This document shows positions 48,368 through 61,500 of a DNA stretch of 64,000 bases, piece after piece. The stretch comes from Balanoglossus misakiensis. Taxonomy: Eukaryota; Animalia; Hemichordata. The notes beneath the pieces were generated by a model that was not told the DNA's origin, did not search any database, and saw nothing but the letters and a program-made list of their open reading frames with translations. Where the stretch lies: NCBI GenBank assembly GCA_040954595.2, contig CM082582.2, positions 6,184,303 to 6,248,302 on the forward strand, in the 5' to 3' direction. Numbering within the stretch: the first letter of the stretch is position 1; every line of letters begins with the position of its first letter. The position numbers and the translations under genes were made by a program.

Positions 48368-51300
48368 GTCGAATAAGACACTGTCTAGTTCATTTTTCCC
48401 AATTCACATTTGCCCCTATGAAATGTTTAAATAGATGACGCAGCTGGTCGATCAGCGATCAGGTCGCCGGGAACCGAAGCGCCATCACATGACCGAATCT
48501 TCCAGTCCTTTGAAGTCTGTCAGTCTGTCTATCCAGAATGATATCTCAAGAATGCGCCGCCGGAAAACGTTGAAGTCAAATAATGACGAGAACAGGTTAT
48601 TTATGAGGCATTTTTTGCTTAGGTAAAACCATAATCTGTTGTCATAATTAATATATTTTTGTATTACCAAAACAGTTTACTTAAAACGGGATTTGTTAAT
48701 TGGTACTGCAGATCAGACCAGTTTTAATTGGCGTGGATGTGAACCACACAATGAAGCATCATTAACAGAAATAATTTATTCGTATCACTGATATGATAAT
48801 ACAATGAGTGCAACTAATTGACTTTGAGCCGAGACTTACAAATCAGAGACAGCTTGCATAATTAATTATTATTTTCACAAAGGGGACATCGTCATCACCG
48901 TATACGCAAACCTTGCACCGGTAACTTCGTATTGTGGTTAGACTCAGTGTTAGGAAATCTGAAGAAAAAAAAAGTATACTTGTATAGTTCCACTGTTTGT
49001 CGCCCTTGACATTTGATAAGACTTACACAATAACATCGAACTGAATCGGCGTCTGCATGTGTACGATATCGTAATACGACAACCGTGACGTCAATGTTTG
49101 TATGTACAAATCAACCTTTATTATTTGCATGGGACTTTTGACGATACGTAAGGAGGGTGTTTGTTGAAACAGAGGTCGAGTATCACACAAGGTAGATGAG
49201 ATCTTCGGCCTATGTGGGCCTTGAAAGATCTTGTAAGTTTTATCTTGTCTTTCTCCGGACACGATAGCCGATATATAAACAACGTATGCTTTTATCTTCC
49301 GCATCCGTACGTGGAAGCTCACGTTATGCCGATTTCTGCGCGTCTGTGTTTCTGTCCGTGTGTTTGTGATGTTTGTTTGCGGTTTATCTGATTTGGACAG
49401 ACTTTGATAGACGGGTGGCGTTCTGGATGACAAGACCAGCAAATAAAACCACAGCGCCTAGATCCATTACATCATCCGCGCACGCAGCGTATGAATAAAT
49501 GATGACACCGAAGTCTGTAGAACCATCAGAAGAGATCACTTCTTCGCGTTACACTATCAATGTATCTTATGTTCATCCCATAAAGCGGGCAAGCAGGTCA
49601 TTTATTTCACTAGAGCGTGCAAAAACCAACACCAAAGAATCATGTGACAATTAATTCGTTGGTTAACGTGGTTAATGTGTCGATATTGATGACCAGTCAC
49701 GAACGCCGACGAGCGACACACCACTGTTACTTTCACCATGTAATGTTGGGAAAAACACTTGCGACTGATTACGATCTCGTGCCACAGTATACGATTGTAA
49801 TCATTTGTTCATTTGTATTCCATGTTCTTACGCAACAAACGATAAGCGCACCTTATATGACCAGGTTTTTCTTTGATTATTTTTCCCTCTGACTTCTAAG
49901 TTTCTTGTGGTGACCGGTTTTAAATCGACATTGCTGTGTTTTTGTTTGACTGTGGTCCATATATTAAAGCTATCCCATTCACAATTTTACCTCCAATGTT
50001 AATTTTATCCTCAATTTTAATAGAAAAATAATCTAAAGTTGCCTTGAGTAAAACATGAGAAATTTAATACTGATTTTCGAGGCGCATTCAACGAGAGAAA
50101 GACAGTCTCGATACACAGGAAATTACTACGGAATTTAATCTTTACCAAAGATTGCAAGCCATGCACAGTAAAGTAAATGTACCTCGCTGCAGTTTCTTGT
50201 TACAGTTTGGTTCGTTCTGTTCACCATGGTGTCGCGTTGACCGATTTACAGAAACTAAGGTCTATAACGTTACAGGAACGTGGGCATAATTGAATGTAGA
50301 ATGTGTATATACCAGATAGTGTGAAGGTGTGATCCCATGGACTGCAATCTAAAAAAATGCTTGTTTAGATAAATAACTGAGCTGCGCAAGTTGCAAGGAA
50401 GCGCTACATGAATCAAAAGGAAAAGACCATTAAGAATATAACGCTACTGGAAAATGCATATTGTAACATCAACCGTGAAGCGAACTCCAGGCAAGTGAAC
50501 GACTTTCCCGTGCAAATACTTCATGCAGCTCAGATATGATCCAACAAAGTCCCAGGGGTCGTCTCTACCCATCGCTATAACACTGATAAAGCATGAAGGT
50601 CAAAGAGTTCACGTGTCCGCGTATCGATACCGCTGAAGGGTCTGACGCACAACACCTTTATGGATGGCTTCTTGTGTCCCACATGAAATGGCCACATTAA
50701 CTATATGTTTTTAAATGGAATTAATGTGCCAAGGGAATGGCCAGTTTCTCCGATTGAAGGTTTGTGTTGATGGGTGTACCGGTCTACATGCATTCTGTGT
50801 ATGTATGTCATATAGAACAGACGCTATTATTTTGCAAACTACGCAAACGTTTTAAAGGTGCACATTCACTTATGCATATTTAGCCACAGTTATCATGGAA
50901 AGTTGAGATCTAACCAATCATCAGTCACACATTTTCAATAGGTGGCAGGCCACTCGAAAAAAGAGCTCCATCAAACGTTCTTCAGAAGCTCACAGTTACA
51001 TTTTAACCATATATGGGTATATGTAAATTAGAGGCGATTGTATTCCTTCGTGAAAAGATTAATTTGCATAAAGGTGAGGGTTTGTTAACAACACCTGACT
51101 GAAGAAACTGACCTGTCCCTTGACTCCATTACTGTCGGGAAGTTTTGACGGCAAGATCGAATAGTCACGAGAATAATAACACATTTTGCGAGATGTCAAA
51201 TGGCCAACAATGTCAGTTGGAAAAGCGCGTAATGAAATCACTCTCTCGTTTTGACGAGGTATAGAAATAAACCAGGTTCCTTTGAATTATTGATTGTGGA

Positions 51301-52595
51301 TTACTGTTTGATTGAGATGAAGAAGAATGAGTTATACAACCGACACAATTAAAAACTGTCCCACAAGCGTCTGCAGGGCGTCGCGATAAGAACATACATA
51401 GCCGATGAACAGTTTCAGGCCAAGAAATGTGCAATTAAATGTACATGTATGCACTGCAGGTAACCTGAACAATTTTCCTTAAGTCATAGTTTGTCATTCA
51501 CGGAAATACAAATCCCATACCAACCATGCAGTTAATCCTTAGAACCACATGTAAGTATTTGAAATTTAACTGTTGTGGGGTCACTTTGTCCTAACCAGGA
51601 AATTGGATATGTTTTTTTAAAGTTTTGTCTCTTTAATTTGCATGTCTGATTGCGGACAGCAATTGAATTTACATGTATATAGATCTGGGTATGCCGCCAT
51701 GTATATTGTTGTTGTTGTTTTTGTTGTTGTCACAGCCAACGACACGATAACATTTAAATATAGATACTGCGCTATTTCCTCATTTCGTAAGCATGACGAG
51801 TTAAAATCTAGGTGATCACATCATTACCTGTATATACTAGACGAAATCCCTCATGACGAAACCTTTGTGTAGAAAACAAAACAGTGTGATAGGGCAACGC
51901 TAGCTTGTAAGTCTGAAGTGTGCTCGACGGCTATGTTCATCACAGTTTTCATTGTCGTCTGTTGTCCGACTGAATTTTATCGGTCCATCACTGCGTCCGC
52001 TAAAAGCTTCACTCAAGTTTCATCAATAATTAAAACGATAGAAATTGAATTAAATATTTCAACGTGCCCTGGAATTATTTTATGTTCATTTGGTTTGCAA
52101 AAATGTAGGCCAGTGTCGCCGTCTTGGTAGGGCGGATTGCCATGACAACCGTTATATTCAATGGTCAGTGGAGTCCAAATTCCCCAGACGTGTTCACTCA
52201 AAATAATTTTCCCGCTCATTGAGATGTTCAATAAAGGTCTAAGGGTTGTTTCTTAATGGCAAGTGACTAACAGATAAATACACATATATAAAACTGAACA
52301 GATTTTTCATCATAGAGAAAGTGGAAACATATACGCGAGTTATTCACTAATGGATGATAGTGTTGGATATAATTAATAACTTATAAGCGAATGCAAGGCT
52401 GTCGACTGTAACATGACAAACCTGTGCAAATCTCTTTGAAATATGATGAGAATGATGATTTTCGTGCAAGAATCAGTCATCGTACTTTGGTTTCTATAGT
52501 ATTAGCGCCAACCCAAAGTCATTTTTTTCCCAGTGGCGACGACTTAACACGTCAGAAGTGATGAATCTTCAGGATTAAAAGATTCGAAAATATTA

Positions 52596-55500
52596 CGACT
52601 TTGCAAATTTTCAAAATTTCTTCATTTTTTCATAAAAATCATGGGTTATAGCTCATGAAAATCATCCAAAAATGACAATTTTTCGACTTTGCGGAATATC
52701 AAAATTTCTTCATTTTTTGATAAAAATCATGGGTTATAGCTCATGAAAATCATCCAAAAATGATAATTTTTCGACTTTGCGGAATATCAAAATTTCTTCA
52801 CTTTTTGATAAAAATCATGGGTTATAGCTCATGAAAATCATCCAAAAATGACAATTTTTCGACTTTGCGGAATATCAAAATTCCTTCACTTTTTGACAAA
52901 AATCATGGGTTATAGCTCATGAAAATCATCCAAAAATGACAATTTTTCGACTTTGCGGAATATCAAAATTTCTCACTTTTTGACAAAAATCATGGGTTAT
53001 AGCTCATGAAAATCATCCAAAAATGACAATTTTTCGACTTTGCGGAATATCAAAATTTCTTCACTTTTTGATAAAAATCATGGGTTATAGCTCATGAAAA
53101 TCATCCAAAAATGACAATTTTTCGACTTTGCGGAATATCAAAATTCCTTCACTTTTTGACAAAAATCATGGGTTATAGCTCATGAAAATCATCCAAAAAT
53201 GACAATTTTTCGACTTTGCGGAATATCAAAATTTCTCACTTTTTGACAAAAATCATGGGTTATAGCTCATGAAAATCATCCAAAAATGACAATTTTTCGA
53301 CTTTGCGGAATATCATTATTTCTTCATTTTTTGATAAAAATCATGGGTTATAGCTCATGAATATCATCCAAAAATGACAATTTTTCGACTTTGCGGAATA
53401 TCAAAATTTCTTCATTTTTTGATAAAAATCATGGGTTATAGCTCATGAAAGTCATCCAAAAATGACAATTTTTCGACTTTGCGGAATATCAAAATTTCTT
53501 CATTTTTTGATAAAAATCATGGGTTATAGCTAATGAAAATCATCCAAAAATGACAATTTTTCGACTTTGCGGAAAATCACAATTTCTTCATTTTTCGATA
53601 AAAACCATGGGTTATAGCTCATGAAAATCATCCAAAAATGACAATTTTTCGACTTTGCGGAATATCACAATTTCTTCATTTTTTGATAAAAACCATGGGT
53701 TATAGCTCATGAAAATCATCCAAAAATGACCATTTTTCGACTTTGCGGAATATTATTTTTTCTTCATTTTCCGATAAAAATCATGGGTTATAGCTCATGA
53801 AAATCATCCAAAAATGACAATTTTTCGACTTTGCGGAATATCAAAATTTCTTCAGTTTTCGATAAAAATCATGGGTTATAGCTCATGAAAATCTTCCAAA
53901 AATGACAATTTTTCGACTTTTCGGAATATCAAAATTTCTTCATTTTTTGATAAAAATCATGGGTTATAGCCCATGAAAATCATCCAAATATGACAATTTT
54001 TCGACTTTTCGGAATATCAAAATTTCTTCATTTTTTGATAAAAATCATGGGTTATAGCCCATGAAAATCATCCAAAAATGACAATTTTTCGACTTTGCGG
54101 AATATCAAAATTTCTTCATTTTTTGATAAAAATCATGGGTTATAGCCCATGAAAATCATCCAAAAATGACAATTTTTCGACTTTGCGGAATATCAAAATT
54201 TCTTCACTTTTTGATAAAAATCATGGGTTATAGCTCATGAAAATCATCCAAAAATGACAATTTTTCGACTTTGCGGAATATCAAAATTCCTTCACTTTTT
54301 GACAAAAATCATGGGTTATAGCTCATGAAAATCATCCAAAAATGACAATTTTTCGACTTTGCGGAATATCAAAATTTCTCACTTTTTGACAAAAATCATG
54401 GGTTATAGCTCATGAAAATCATCCAAAAATGACAATTTTTCGACTTTGCGGAATATCATTATTTCTTCATTTTTTGATAAAAATCATGGGTTATAGCTCA
54501 TGAATATCATCCAAAAATGACAATTTTTCGACTTTGCGGAATATCAAAATTTCTTCATTTTTTGATAAAAATCATGGGTTATAGCTCATGAAAGTCATCC
54601 AAAAATGACAATTTTTCGACTTTGCGGAATATCAAAATTTCTTCATTTTTTGATAAAAATCATGGGTTATAGCTAATGAAAATCATCCAAAAATGACAAT
54701 TTTTCGACTTTGCGGAAAATCACAATTTCTTCATTTTTCGATAAAAACCATGGGTTATAGCTCATGAAAATCATCCAAAAATGACAATTTTTCGACTTTG
54801 CGGAATATCACAATTTCTTCATTTTTTGATAAAAACCATGGGTTATAGCTCATGAAAATCATCCAAAAATGACCATTTTTCGACTTTGCGGAATATTATT
54901 TTTTCTTCATTTTCCGATAAAAATCATGGGTTATAGCTCATGAAAATCATCCAAAAATGACAATTTTTCGACTTTGCGGAATATCAAAATTTCTTCAGTT
55001 TTCGATAAAAATCATGGGTTATAGCTCATGAAAATCTTCCAAAAATGACAATTTTTCGACTTTTCGGAATATCAAAATTTCTTCATTTTTTGATAAAAAT
55101 CATGGGTTATAGCCCATGAAAATCATCCAAATATGACAATTTTTCGACTTTTCGGAATATCAAAATTTCTTCATTTTTTGATAAAAATCATGGGTTATAG
55201 CCCATGAAAATCATCCAAAAATGACAATTTTTCGACTTTGCGGAATATCAAAATTTCTTCATTTTTTGATAAAAATCATGGGTTATAGCCCATGAAAATC
55301 ATCCAAAAATGACAATTTTTCGACTTTGCGGAATATCAAAATTTCTTCATTTTTTGATAAGAATCATGGGTTATAGCTCATGAAAATCATCCAAACATGA
55401 CAATTTTTCGACTTTGCGGAATATCAAAATTTCTTCATTTTTTGATAAAAATCATGGGTTATAGCCCATGAAAATCATCCAAAAATGACTATTTTTCGAC

Positions 55501-58500
55501 TTTGCGGAATATCAAAATTTCTTCATTTTTTGATAAAAATCATGGGTTATAGCCCATGAAAATCTTCAAAATATAGCAATTTTTCGACTTTTCGGAACAT
55601 CAAAATATCTTCATTTTTTGATAAAAATCATGGGTTATAGCCCATGAAAATCATCCAAAAATGACAATTTTTCGACTTTGCGGAATATCAAAATTTCTTC
55701 ATTTTTTGATAAAAATCATGGGTTATAGCCCATGAAAATCATCCAAAAATGACAATTTTTCGACTTTGCGGAATATCAAAATTTCTTCACTTTTTGATAA
55801 AAATCATGGGTTATAGCCCATGAAAATCATCCAAAAATGACAATTTTTCGACTTTTCGGAATATCAAAATTTCTTCATTTTTTGATAAAAATCATGGGTT
55901 ATAGCCCATGAAAATCATCCAAAAATGACAATTTTTCGACTTTTTGGACTATCAAAATTTTGATATTCCGCAAAGTCGAAAAATTATCATTTTTGGATGA
56001 TTTTCATGAGCTATAACCCATGATTTTTATCAAAAAATGAAGAAATTTTGATATTCCGCAAAGTCGAAAAATTGTCATTTTTGGATGATTTTCATGAGCT
56101 ATAACCCATGATTTTTATCAAAAAGTGAAGAAATTTTGATATTCCGCAAAGTCGAAAAATTATCATTTTTGGATGATTTTCATGGGCTATAACCCATGAT
56201 TTTTATCAAAAAATGAAGAAATTTTGATATTCCGAAAAGTCGAAAAATTGTCATTTTTGGATGATTTTCATGGGCTATAACCCATGATTTTTATCAAAAA
56301 GTGAAGAAATTTTGATATTCCGAAAAGTCGAAAAATTGTCAATTTTGGATGATTTTCATGGGCTATAACCCATGATTTTTATCAAAAAATGAAGAAATTT
56401 TGATATTCCACAAAGTCGAAAAATTGCTATATTTGGATGATTTTCATGGGCTATAACCCATGATTTTTATCAAAAAATGAAGAAATTTTGATATTCCGCA
56501 AAGTCGAAAAATTGTCACTTTTGGATGATTTTCATGGGCTATAACCCATGATTTTTATCAAAAAATGAAGAAATTTTGATATTCCGCAAAGTCGAAAAAT
56601 TGTCATGTTTGGATGATTTTCATGAGCTATAACCCATGATTTTTATCAAAAAGTGAAGAAATTTTGATATTCCGAAAAGTCGAAAAATTGTCATTTTTGG
56701 ATGATTTTCATGGGCTATAACCCATGATTTTTATCAAAAAATGAAGAAATTTTGATATTCCGAAAAGTCGAAAAATTGCTATATTTGGATGATTTTCATG
56801 GGCTATAACCCATGATTTTTATCATAAAATGAAGAAATTTTGATAGTCCAAAAAGTCGAAAAATTGTCATTTTTGGATGATTTTCATGGGCTATAACCCA
56901 TGATTTTTATCAAAAAATGAAGAAATTTTGATATTCCGAAAAGTCGAAAAATTGTCATTTTTGGATGATTTTCATGGGCTATAACCCATGATTTTTGTCA
57001 AAAAATGAAGAAATTTTGATATTCCGAAAAGTCGAAAAATTGCTATATTTGTATGATTTTCATGGGCTATAACCCATGATTTTTATCAAAAAATGAAGAA
57101 ATTTTGATATTCCGCAAAGTCGAAAAATTGTCATTTTTGGATGATTTTCATGGGCTATAACCCATGATTTTTATCAAAAAATGAAGATATTTTGATGTTC
57201 CGAAAAGTCGAAAAATTGCTATATTTTGAAGATTTTCATGGGCTATAACCCATGATTTTTATCAAAAAATGAAGAAATTTTGATATTCCAAAAAGTCAAA
57301 AAATTGTCATATTTGGATGATTTTCATGGGCTATAACCCATGATTTTTATCAAAAAATGAAGAAATTTTGATATTCCGCAAAGTCGAAAAATTGTCAAAT
57401 TTGGATGATTTTCATGGGCTATAACCCATGATTTTTATCAAAAAGTGAAGAAATTTTGATATTCCGCAAAGTCGAAAAACTGTCATTTTTGGATGATTTT
57501 CATGAGCTATAACCCATGATTTTTATCAAAAAGTGAAGAAATTTTGTTATTCAGCAAAGTCGAAAAATTATCATTTTTGGATGATTTTCATGAGCTATAA
57601 CCCATGATTTTTATCAAAAAATGAAGAAATTTTGTTATTCCGCAAAGTCGAAAAATTATCATTTTTGGATGATTTTCATGAGCTATAACCCATGATTTTT
57701 ATCAAAAAATGAAGAAATTTTGATATTCCGAAAAGTCGAAAAATTGTCATTTTTGGAAGATTTTCATGAGCTATAACCCATGATTTTTATCGAAAACTGA
57801 AGAAATTTTGATATTCCGCAAAGTCGAAAAATTGTCATTTTTGGATGATTTTCATGAGCTATAACCCATGAAAATCATCCAAAAATGACAGTTTTTCGAC
57901 TTTGCGGAATATCAAAATTTCTTCACTTTTTGATAAAAATCATGGGTTATAGCTCATGAAAATCATCCAAAAATGACAGTTTTTCGACTTTGCGGAATAT
58001 CAAAATTTCTTCATTTTTTGATAAAAATCATGGGTTATAGCCCATGAAAATCATCCAAAAATGACAATTTTTCGACTTTGCGGAATATCAAAATTTCTTC
58101 ACTTTTTGATAAAAATCATGGGTTATAGCCCATGAAAATCATCCAAATATGACAATTTTGCGACTTTGCGGAATATCAAAATTTCTTCACTTTTTGATAA
58201 AAATCGTGGGTTATAGCCCATGAAAATCATCCAAAATTGACAATTTTTCGACTTTGCGGAATATCAAAATTTCTTCATTTTTCGATAAAAATCATGGGTT
58301 ATAGCCCATGAAAATCATCCAAATATGACAATTTTTCGACTTTGCGGAATATCAAAATTTCTTCATTTTTTGATAAAAATCATGGGTTAAAGCCCATGAA
58401 AATCATCCAAATATGACAATTTTTCGACTTTGCGGAATATCAAAATTTCTTCATGTTTTGATAAAAATCATGGGTTATAGCCCATGAAAATCATCCAAAA

Positions 58501-61500
58501 ATGAAAATTTTTCGACTTTGCGGAATATCAAAATTTCTTCACTTTTTGATAAAAATCATGGGTTATAGCTCATGAAAATCATCCAAAAATGACAGTTTTT
58601 CGACTTTGCGGAATATCAAAATTTCTTCACTTTTTGATAAAAATCATGGGTTATAGCTCATGAAAATCATCCAAAAATGACAGTTTTTCGACTTTGCGGA
58701 ATATCAAAATTTCTTCATTTTTCGATAAAAATCATGGGTTATAGCCCATGAAAATCATCCAAATATGACAATTTTTCGACTTTGCGGAATATCAAAATTT
58801 CTTCATTTTTTGATAAAAATCATGGGTTAAAGCCCATGAAAATCATCCAAATATGACAATTTTTCGACTTTGCGGAATATCAAAATTTCTTCATGTTTTG
58901 ATAAAAATCATGGGTTATAGCCCATGAAAATCATCCAAATATGACAATTTTTCGACTTTGCGGAATATCAAAATTTCTTCATTTTTTGATAAAAATCATG
59001 GGTTAAAGCCAATGAAAATCATCCAAATATGACAATTTTTCGACTTTGCGGAATATCAAAATTTCTTCATGTTTTGATAAAAATCATGGGTTATAGCCCA
59101 TGAAAATCATCCAAAAATGACAATTTTTCGACTTTGCGGAATATCAAAATTTCTTCACTTTTTGATAAAAATCATGGGTTATAGCTCATGAAAATCATCC
59201 AAAAATGACAGTTTTTCGACTTTGCGGAATATCAAAATTTCTTCACTTTTTGATAAAAATCATGGGTTATAGCTCATGAAAATCATCCAAAAATGAAAGT
59301 TTTTCGACTTTGCGGAATATCAAAATTTCTTCATTTTTTGATAAAAATCATGGGTTATAGCTCATGAAAATCATCCAAAAATGACAATTTTTCGACTTTG
59401 CGGAATATCAAAATTTCTTCACTTTTTGATAAAAATCATGGGTTACAGCTCATGAAAATCATCCAAAAATGACAGTTTTTCGACTTTGCGGAATATCAAA
59501 ATTTCTTCACTTTTTGATAAAAATCATGGGTTATAGCTCATGAAAATCATCCAAAAATGACAGTTTTTCGACTTTGCGGAATATCAAAATTTCTTCATTT
59601 TTTGATAAAAATCATGGGTTATAGCCCATGAAAATCATCCAAAAATGACAATTTTTCGACTTTGCGGAATATCAAAATTTCTTCACTTTTTGATAAAAAT
59701 CATGGGTTATAGCCCATGAAAATCATCCAAATATGACAATTTTTCGACTTTGCGGAATATCAAAATTTCTTCACTTTTTGATAAAAATCGTGGGTTATAG
59801 CCCATGAAAATCATCCAAAATTGACAATTTTTCGACTTTGCGGAATATCAAAATTTCTTCATTTTTCTATAAAAATCATGGGTTATAGCCCATGAAAATC
59901 ATCCAAATATGACAATTTTTCGACTTTGCGGAATATCAAAATTTCTTCATTTTTTGATAAAAATCATGGGTTAAAGCCCATGAAAATCATCCAAATATGA
60001 CAATTTTTCGACTTTGCGGAATATCAAAATTTCTTCATGTTTTGATAAAAATCATGGGTTATAGCCCATGAAAATCATCCAAAAATGACAATTTTTCGAC
60101 TTTGCGGAATATCAAAATTTCTTCACTTTTTGATAAAAATCATGGGTTATAGCTCATGAAAATCATCCAAAAATGACAGTTTTTCGACTTTGCGGAATAT
60201 CAAAATTTCTTCACTTTTTGATAAAAATCATGGGTTATAGCTCATGAAAATCATCCAAAAATGACAGTTTTTCGACTTTGCGGAATATCAAAATTTCTTC
60301 ATTTTTCGATAAAAATCATGGGTTATAGCCCATGAAAATCATCCAAATATGACAATTTTTCGACTTTGCGGAATATCAAAATTTCTTCATTTTTTGATAA
60401 AAATCATGGGTTAAAGCCCATGAAAATCATCCAAATATGACAATTTTTCGACTTTGCGGAATATCAAAATTTCTTCATGTTTTGATAAAAATCATGGGTT
60501 ATAGCCCATGAAAATCATCCAAAAAAGACAATTTTTCGACTTTGCGGAATATCAAAATTTCTTCACTTTTTGATAAAAATCGTGGGTTATAGCTCATGAA
60601 AATCATCCAAAAATGACAGTTTTTCGACTTTGCGGAATATCAAAATTTCTTCACTTTTTGATAAAAATCATGGGTTATAGCTCATGAAAATCATCCAAAA
60701 ATGACAGTTTTTCGACTTTGCGGAATATCAAAAAATCTTCATTTTTTGATAAAAATCATGGGTTATAGCCCATGAAAATCATCCAAAAATGACAATTTTT
60801 CGACTTTGCGGAATATCAAAATTTCTTCACTTTTTGATAAAAATCATGGGTTATAGCCCATGAAAATCATCCAAAAATGACAATTTTTCGACTTTGCGGA
60901 ATATCAAAATTTCTTCACTTTTTGATAAAAATCATGGGTTATAGCTCATGAAAATCATCCAAAAATGACAGTTTTTCGACTTTGCGGAATATCAAAATTT
61001 CTTCATTTTTCGAGAAAAATCATGGGTTATAGCCCATGAAAATCATCCAAATATGACAATTTTTCGACTTTGCGGAATATCAAAATTTCTTCATTTTTTG
61101 ATCAAAATCATGGGTTATAGCCCATGAAAATCATCCAAATATGACAATTTTTCGACTTTTTGGAATATCAAAATTTCTTCATTTTTTGATAAAAATCATG
61201 GGTTATAGCCCATGAAAATCATCCAAATATGACAATTTTTCGACTTTGCGGAATATCAAAATTTCTTCATTTTTTGATAAAAATCATGGGTTATAGCCCA
61301 TGAAAATCATCCAAAATTGACAATTTTTCGACTTTTCGGAATATCAAAATTTCTTCACTTTTTGATAAAAATCATGGGTTATAGCCCATGAAAATCATCC
61401 AAAAATGACAATTTTTCGACTTTGCGGAATATCAAAATTTCTTCACTTTTTGATAAAAATCATGGGTTATAGCCCATGAAAATCATCCAAATATAGCAAT

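Noticed and set aside
52681-52697. CENP-B-box-like TTTCGACTTTGCGGAA in each monomer
   Set aside because: The spacing between TTCG and CGG is one base short, and the required A and final G are missing, so it does not match the 17-bp consensus.
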